Assembly (NCBI RefSeq): GCF_000020025.1
Contig: NC_010631.1
Span: forward strand, 150,001-182,000
From: Nostoc punctiforme PCC 73102
GTDB lineage: Bacteria > Cyanobacteriota > Cyanobacteriia > Cyanobacteriales > Nostocaceae
Reading direction: 5' to 3'
Length of the DNA stretch: 32,000 nt
Both the position numbers and the translations under genes were made by a program. Numbering within the stretch: the first letter of the stretch is position 1; each line of letters starts with the position of its first letter. The notes beneath the pieces were generated by a model that saw only the letters and a program-made list of their open reading frames with translations, did no database searches and was not told the DNA's origin. Positions 26,637 to 32,000 of this stretch are shown here, in pieces.

Positions 26637-27769
26637 AAATTCAGTCGCACTCTTTTCCAGAAGAACTTCTCTTACAGCCGAACGAAATTAAAACTGATTA
26701 TTTCAAAAGTATCACTATTCCACATCAAAGGCTCAAACAAGCCTTAGATACTTTATTAATTAATATTCTGGAGCCAGCTGACACTTTAGTATTTTTAGTT
26801 TTTGGTGTGACTGGTGTAGGAAAAACAACCTTACGCTTGCGTCTGGAAAATCTGCTAAATTACGAATTTCTCCCCTCATTACGCCAAAATCCTGGTCAAA
26901 TTGCTGTTGCTGGTATTGAAGCTATTCCAACAGAACAAGGAAAGTTTAGCTATAAAGATTATTACACTCGCGCCCTAGAATCCCTTCAGGAAGTTTTGAT
27001 TGAATACAAAATTGATTATGAAATTCCTCACGGTGAGGTAAAGGATTTGGGGTTGCTAAATCGGGCTTACCGCCAAGATTCGCCCGCATTACGCCGAGCA
27101 ATGGAAAAAGCATTTCGTTATCGTCAGGTAAAAGCTTTTACTGTAGACGAGGCACAGCATTTATTTATGATGGCAGGCGGACACCAGATGTTACAGCAAA
27201 TGAACTGGATTAAGTCTATTGCTAATCTTACTGGTACAGTACATATTTTATTTGGAACTTATGAACTGCTTAACTGTCCTACCTTGAATGGGCAAATAGG
27301 GCGGCGTAGCGAAGATATTCACCTGTTACCTTACCAAGCTGATAACCCAGAAGATATTGCTGAATTTATTAGAGTAATTAGAACTTTTCAACGCCACATT
27401 CCGCTTGTACAAGAACCAAAATTAGAACAACACTATGAGTATCTTTTTTCTGGCTCAGTTGGTTGTGTGGGGCTATTGAAGAATTGGTTAACTCGTTCTT
27501 TGAGAGTTGCCTATTCTGAAGAAGCTCGGACTCTTAATAGCAAACATCTTAAATTAGGTGCTTTTTCTGCATCTCGTATCAACAAAATTAAGGAAGAAGC
27601 ACAACAGGGATTTAAACGCTTTCAAGAAGAATCCAGTTTTTTTGAGCGGCAATATTCAACAGAACATGGAATAAAAATGCCAGCCAAAAATTCCCTACTC
27701 AAAAAAGGTCGTGTTGGACAAAGAAAACCTAAAAGAGATGATGTAGGGGTAAATTCAGATGATGACTAA
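26630..27769 (+). CDS. tnsC: TnsC/TniB-like AAA+ ATPase
   Basis: 379 aa with Walker A FGVTGVGKTTL and Walker B AFTVDEAQHL. The start overlaps the upstream stop (ATGGTAA). Confidence 0.9.
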   Translation: MVKIQSHSFPEELLLQPNEIKTDYFKSITIPHQRLKQALDTLLINILEPADTLVFLVFGVTGVGKTTLRLRLENLLNYEFLPSLRQNPGQIAVAGIEAIPTEQGKFSYKDYYTRALESLQEVLIEYKIDYEIPHGEVKDLGLLNRAYRQDSPALRRAMEKAFRYRQVKAFTVDEAQHLFMMAGGHQMLQQMNWIKSIANLTGTVHILFGTYELLNCPTLNGQIGRRSEDIHLLPYQADNPEDIAEFIRVIRTFQRHIPLVQEPKLEQHYEYLFSGSVGCVGLLKNWLTRSLRVAYSEEARTLNSKHLKLGAFSASRINKIKEEAQQGFKRFQEESSFFERQYSTEHGIKMPAKNSLLKKGRVGQRKPKRDDVGVNSDDD

Positions 27770-29345
27770 CATGGCGGTTAACGATGAATTGTGGCTCAAA
27801 GACCCAGAATTTACTCCCAGTCCTAGCCGGTTGTTTCATCTGGAACCGATTGGACTTGGTACTTGTTATGTTGAAAGTCTGACTAGCTATGTTGCTCGTC
27901 TAGCCGCAGCTCATAGCGTATTGCCTGGAACTTTATTGGCTAGAGAGATAAAACCAATAGTTGGGCATAACCATACTACCAATCCCTTGAATTCTAAAAG
28001 TATCGTAAGTTTGTATGGACAAGCTTCTGTAAAAGCTTTAAACGGAACACAAATTGGAGCTAAACAACTGGTTTTTGCTCTAGAAATATTGACAAAACGT
28101 ACTGACTTACAGTTTTTGACAATGCTACCTTGGGCAAAAGTCTTCCCAGTTTTGGGATTGCTCAAGCATTCTCATGCTTGGTGTCCTTATTGCTATCAAG
28201 ACTGGTTAAATAATCAACAAGTCATTTATTCACCTCTGCTGTGGGCTTTGAAACCAGCTAACATTTGTCCCATCCATTATCGATTTTTAGAATCAAAATG
28301 TCCTCACTGTGACCTTGAATTTTTACACCTGTGGCATAACTCACGACCTGGATTTTGTCTGAAATGTGGTGGTTGGTTGGGGATGAACTATGAAGTATCT
28401 TTGCCAGATAAGAGATTGTTCGAGGAGATACCCAATTTACAGCAAGAGATTTGGATAGTTAAGACTTTAGGAGATTTAATTGCTCAAGCTCCTGAATTTC
28501 CTTGTCCACCTCCAAGAGAGACTATTAAAACAATCCTAGAAGCTTACGTCTATCAATATACTCAAGGTAATGTTTCCGCTTTTGGTCGTTGGCTTGGGTT
28601 ATCGAGATATGAAATTCTACATTGGTATTCAGGTGTAGCCATCCCAAATTTAGATAAACTTTTGAAAATCTGCTACGCCTTATCAACTAATCTTGTCGAT
28701 TTTCTTCAACTTAAAATACTACCTCTTACTCTTAAGCAGCTAGTTTCTCTACCTGCTCCTAAACAGAAAAAATTATCATCACAGTCTGCTTTAGTTACTT
28801 CAAATAGTAGTCCTAAGTGCGAACGAGTTATTCAGGCGATGCAACTAGCTCAAGAAGAAGAACCACCTCCTTCTTTAACTCAATTAGCTGTTCGTTTAGG
28901 ATTCAAAACTCCTAGTAGTTTAACTGCTTGCTCAAAATCTTTATCAGCATCTTTGGCTACTAGATATAGTGAATATCAACAGCAGCTAAGATTTTTACAC
29001 ATCAGAGACATACTTGAATTAGCTTTGTTTAGCGACGAGTATCCACCACCTTCTCTAAGAAAAATAGCTAAGAGAACTGGTATTGGTTTGGCTACTTTCT
29101 ACCACTATTGCCCTATTGTGTGCCATGCTATTTCTTTACGCTATAAAGATTACCGCAAATTCGTCCATAAACTAGCTATTGAGCAAGGCTGTCGAGAAGT
29201 ACGCCAACTCGCTTCAGTACTTCATGCACAAGGCATTACCCCTACTGCTAAAAATCTCAGAAAATTTATGCCTCATCCCTCTTTGCTGTGGCAGGCTGAG
29301 GTAATTGATGTTTTAAGGCAGATAAGACTGGATCTTTCACAGTAA
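27759..29345 (+). CDS. tniQ: TniQ/TnsD-family target-selection protein
   Basis: 528 aa. TniQ N-terminus (ESLTSYVARLAAAHS), zinc-finger cysteines (WCPYCY, CPIH, CPHCD, CLKCGGW) and a long helical C-terminal half. It overlaps the tnsC stop by 11 nt. Confidence 0.88.
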   Translation: MMTNMAVNDELWLKDPEFTPSPSRLFHLEPIGLGTCYVESLTSYVARLAAAHSVLPGTLLAREIKPIVGHNHTTNPLNSKSIVSLYGQASVKALNGTQIGAKQLVFALEILTKRTDLQFLTMLPWAKVFPVLGLLKHSHAWCPYCYQDWLNNQQVIYSPLLWALKPANICPIHYRFLESKCPHCDLEFLHLWHNSRPGFCLKCGGWLGMNYEVSLPDKRLFEEIPNLQQEIWIVKTLGDLIAQAPEFPCPPPRETIKTILEAYVYQYTQGNVSAFGRWLGLSRYEILHWYSGVAIPNLDKLLKICYALSTNLVDFLQLKILPLTLKQLVSLPAPKQKKLSSQSALVTSNSSPKCERVIQAMQLAQEEEPPPSLTQLAVRLGFKTPSSLTACSKSLSASLATRYSEYQQQLRFLHIRDILELALFSDEYPPPSLRKIAKRTGIGLATFYHYCPIVCHAISLRYKDYRKFVHKLAIEQGCREVRQLASVLHAQGITPTAKNLRKFMPHPSLLWQAEVIDVLRQIRLDLSQ

Positions 29346-29494
29346 ATCTTATTTATTCGCCTTTCTCTAAGGTTTTACTACTGCGGCCACTTTATGCTTT
29401 AAAAACGGCCACAATATCCTTTAAGTGACACTATTGCGGACAACTTATGGTTTCAAAAACGGACAGCTTATGGTGTAAGTCACAACCAACATGC

Positions 29495-29831
29495 TGTCGG
29501 TTTGCAGACTAAATGAAATTTGTGCGGACTAAGTGAAATTTTGTTGCAGACTAATTGAAAATCTGCTTGTGTAACCCTCATTCTTTCGTAATCCCAGAGC
29601 GTAGGCGTAGCCCGCCGTAGGCATCGCTACTTACAAAGTTTTGCTTCAAAGCCTTGTGCGGTAATAAATTGGGACGTTTTATGTCCATTTTGTGGAAAAT
29701 TTCATTTAGTCTGCGAATTTAGGGGGAAAATTTCACTTAGTCCGCGAAAAAATTTCATTTAGTCTGCAACAAAGGTTCCTCAAACCCTTATTATTACGTT
29801 GAAAAAATTTCATTTAGTCTGCAAACGCACA
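29495..29831 (+). mobile_element. Non-autonomous mini Tn7-like element (MITE-like), copy 2
   Basis: By eye it is identical over all 337 bp to 13219-13555 and in the same orientation. It is flanked by ATGC on both sides. It lies 10 bp outside the tip of element B. Confidence 0.85.
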
Positions 29832-30215
29832 ATGCGATCGCTCTAAGTGCATGTTGGCAACGGAATAGGAACTATTGCGCTGCCGATAAATTTTGTTTGT
29901 CTTTGGTATCGCTTTTGATGCGTAATCCAAGCGATAACCATTTACAGGGTGCTAACTTCCAGTTATAGTTAGCCGTAACTTATTATAGGCACAATTAACT
30001 ATATCTTTGACTGAGTGCAAAGATAGTTTACAAAAATTGCTCAGGCGGTTGCATATTATCGTTTTAACGAAGTATTGAGGTATTGCTGCACAAGTATGCC
30101 TTCGGGAAAACTTTTCTCCCTGATCAGGTGCCTGTCCCTCAATTTCTAAGATTCGGATCGTGGATAATTGCAACCGCCTTGATGCAGAACCGTCTGGGAA
30201 TACAAATTGCCTGCT

Positions 30216-30428
30216 TTAATTACAAAAATCATCAACGCGGATATCCCGCCAGACATCAGACACTTGCCAGCCGGAATTGCCCACCGATTGTACTGGAGGA
30301 TTGTCAAGGAACGGAATATAGTCAGGAACTCTAGGCTCTGAAATTGCTACTGGTTTCTCCTCAACCTCAACCACAGGGGCTGGAGAATTGACAAGAACTC
30401 TTGCATAAATATTTTGTGGTGTAATCAA
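30216..30428 (-). CDS. Possible small hypothetical protein (70 aa)
   Basis: This is the only ORF in the region without a competing overlap at its 5' end, and it has an AT-rich upstream region. No recognisable family and no clear RBS. Confidence 0.3.
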   Translation of the reverse strand: MITPQNIYARVLVNSPAPVVEVEEKPVAISEPRVPDYIPFLDNPPVQSVGNSGWQVSDVWRDIRVDDFCN

Positions 30429-30599
30429 GAGTTATTTTAATTTAAATATTGGGACATTAAAATAGTAAGAGGCTATCATCTTTTTATAGCAAGTATTCTC
30501 TGGAGATGGTTAATTAAAAATATATCAGCAAACATCACTTTAGTTATTAATTAATACTGAATACTGAAAATATTGGATAAATTTGATTTTTTATACGAT

Positions 30600-30770
30600 T
30601 TATAGAGCTAATTCGTGATTATAAATTCCTACAATTAAATTTGACCTTAACCCAAAACGTCGGTGACGATTTCGATATCTATCAGATAAAATTTTAAATA
30701 TCTTTAGACGACGATTAACGTGTTCAACAGTAATTCTTAATCGATTGAGTTCTCGATTATATTTCAATAC
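30600..30770 (-). pseudogene. C-terminal fragment of an IS5-family-like DDE transposase
   Basis: The minus-strand translation is ...NRELNRLRITVEHVNRRLKIFKILSDRYRNRHRRFGLRSNLIVGIYNHELAL*. This is the conserved C-terminal tail of a common cyanobacterial IS transposase. No upstream part is present. Confidence 0.7.
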
Positions 30771-30785
30771 GGTTCAGTTAAAGCT

Positions 30786-31376
30786 AAAAAGCTGATGAGT
30801 GATGTGAAATTTCGGAACTTCTACTTGTTGTCCATCCCCTCTGTGTTGCGGTTTTTTAGAACGAAACTTTGATACAGGTTTTTTCACAACTCTGGGATTA
30901 ATACGGTGAATACGTTCAGGTAACAACGTATCTAAAATCTCGACAATTAACCAATCGAAAAAAAGGGAAATTCTTCTGGCTGTAAGTCTTGGAACTTAGG
31001 GATAGCGCGACTAATGACCCTTAATGTACCTGTAAAACTCAAGCGTAATGGTAGCAATCCTAGCAGTAGTTGCAGCTTGAAACATTAACACTCGTACAGG
31101 TACTCGCCAATATTTACCAACTTTTACCCATCCCACAGAAAGACCATCGACTAAGTTTTTTAGTACATCTCGCATCGAATCTCTTGACCACAAGCTCATT
31201 GCTACCACAAGACACACTACCAAATGTGCTGGTAAAGAACGATTCCTTGCTTCGTTGGCTTCGCTTGTTGCGATTGCTTGCTCAATGGCGGTTGCAGGTA
31301 TAGCTGTCTCTATTGCTTTCAGCAAGTCCTTGCTTTGTATCATTGGAGACAGCAAAGAGAAATCTTTGAGATGCAC
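30786..31376 (-). pseudogene. Degraded IS4-family-like transposase gene (N-terminal region plus frameshifted continuation)
   Basis: ORF 31011-31376 contains RSLPAHLVVCLVVAMSLWSRDSMRDVLKNLV, an IS4-type N-terminal domain pattern. Downstream, several short frames (e.g. IVEILDTLLPERIHRINPRVVKKP) are broken by stops. Confidence 0.55.
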
Positions 31377-31429
31377 GACAGTTCACTTTCAGTGTTGATT
31401 ACAATCCTTAATTTACACAACTTTGAGCC

Positions 31430-32000
31430 TTAACTGAACCGTACTGGCTTACTTGTTGCCATCTGCGTTAATTTGACAAAGCCAGCTTGCCGAACCGGAA
31501 TTTCGATTGTGAACTCAGTTCCCTTCCCCAGTGTGGACTGGCAGTAAATTTTGCCACCGTGTTTTTGGGTAACAATCTGATAGCTGATGGAAAGTCCCAA
31601 TCCAGTACCTTTGTTAATGGGTTTAGTAGTAAAAAATGGCTCAAACATTTGAGAACACACATTTTCTTTAACGCCACAACCGTTATCAGCAATGCAGATG
31701 GCAATGGACTCGTTTGCTAAGTGTTCAGTACGAATAGCAATGTTGCTGGGATTGGCTCGGATCTCGTCAGAGCTACGTTGTTGATCCCGTTGTTCCAAGG
31801 CATCAATGGCATTGCCAAAAATATTCATGAATACCTGATTGAGTTGGCTAGGATAGCATTCCACATGGGGGAGGTGTCCATAATCTCGTACAACCTGAAT
31901 GCCAGGATGTTCTGGTCGGGCTTTGAGACGATGTTGCAAGAGCAACAGGGTGCTTTCGATGTTTTCGTGCAAATCGACAGTCTGAGTTCCCGATTCATCC
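31430..32000 (-). CDS. Sensor histidine kinase, C-terminal HATPase domain (5' part outside window)
   Basis: N box NQVFMNIFGNAIDAL, G1 DNGCGV, F box FEPFFTTK, G2 GTGLGLSISYQIV. The frame stays open to the window edge, so the ATG at 31972 is internal. Confidence 0.9.
   Translation of the reverse strand, partial: DESGTQTVDLHENIESTLLLLQHRLKARPEHPGIQVVRDYGHLPHVECYPSQLNQVFMNIFGNAIDALEQRDQQRSSDEIRANPSNIAIRTEHLANESIAICIADNGCGVKENVCSQMFEPFFTTKPINKGTGLGLSISYQIVTQKHGGKIYCQSTLGKGTEFTIEIPVRQAGFVKLTQMATSKPVRFS

Larger units (their letters stand above)
23876..29430 (+). mobile_element. Tn7-like transposon C (tnsAB fusion-tnsC-tniQ, no cargo), apparently intact
   Basis: The 50-bp terminal inverted repeats TGTCACTTAAAGGATATTGTGGCCGTTTTTAAAsCATAAAGTGGCCGCAG match at 49 of 50 positions. 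There is a perfect 5-bp target duplication, CTATT, at 23871-23875 and 29431-29435. Three intact genes have overlapping stop and start codons. Confidence 0.95.
19928..29484 (-). mobile_element. Tn7-like transposon B (decayed tnsAB-tnsC-tniQ), carrying element C nested in its tnsB-proximal end
   Basis: Tips are TGTGACTTACACCATAAGyTGTCCGT at 19928 and, inverted, at 29484 (25 of 26 match). CCATAAGyTGTCCG-type sites are repeated. All three core genes are damaged. B alone is about 4.0 kb once the 5555-bp element C and one CTATT copy are removed. Confidence 0.85.

Noticed and set aside
13198-29484. CRISPR-associated transposon (type V-K or I-B/I-D/I-F3 CAST) interpretation of the tnsB-tnsC-tniQ sets
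   Set aside because: There is no Cas ORF, tracrRNA-like region or repeat-spacer array. The elements have essentially no cargo space (85-180 bp after tniQ). The TniQ proteins are long TnsD-like forms (445 and 528 aa) rather than the short CAST-type TniQ.
30024-30056. Imperfect hairpin aactatatctttg-actgagtg-caaagatagtt as a terminator for the 30216-30428 ORF
   Set aside because: No U-tract follows on either strand, and the stem has a bulge. There is not enough support to call a terminator.
29952-30334. ORFs 29952-30173 (minus) and 30083-30334 (plus)
   Set aside because: They overlap each other, are short, and have no recognisable motifs or translation signals. They are likely non-coding flank.

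Overview
This window looks like chromosomal DNA from a filamentous, Nostocales-type cyanobacterium. That is an inference from HIP1 GCGATCGC octamers, heptanucleotide tandem repeats, an xisH/xisI pair and TPR-CHAT paralogs. The layout has four parts. (1) 1-8066 holds three tandem plus-strand TPR-repeat/CHAT-domain (caspase-like) genes; the first two are recent duplicates. (2) 8067-13197 is an accessory stretch. It contains an orphan Tn7-like transposon end, a two-gene operon of unknown function, a tyrosine recombinase, xisI/xisH, and two four-helix-bundle (23S-rRNA-IVS/Avd-like) genes, each bracketed by inverted heptamer-repeat arrays. (3) 13198-29831 is a 16.6 kb pile-up of Tn7-like transposons whose boundaries I could resolve to the base pair. 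Element A (tnsA-tnsB-tnsC-tnsD/tniQ, no cargo) spans 13198-19904. Element B (19928-29484, minus strand) is decayed. Element C (23876-29430, tnsB with a TnsA-like N-terminal domain, then tnsC and tniQ) is intact and sits inside B's terminal repeats with a perfect 5-bp duplication. Two apparently identical 337-bp non-autonomous mini-Tn7-like elements lie within about 20 bp of the tips of A and B. (4) 29832-32000 holds a weak small ORF, IS remnants and the 3' part of a histidine kinase gene. I recognised no rRNA, tRNA, CRISPR array or cas gene. The most unusual signal is the repeated insertion of Tn7-like elements into or next to the ends of other Tn7-like elements. The TnsA-TnsB fusion architecture and the cognate-less mini-element add to it. 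All identities were counted by eye, and no database search was possible.
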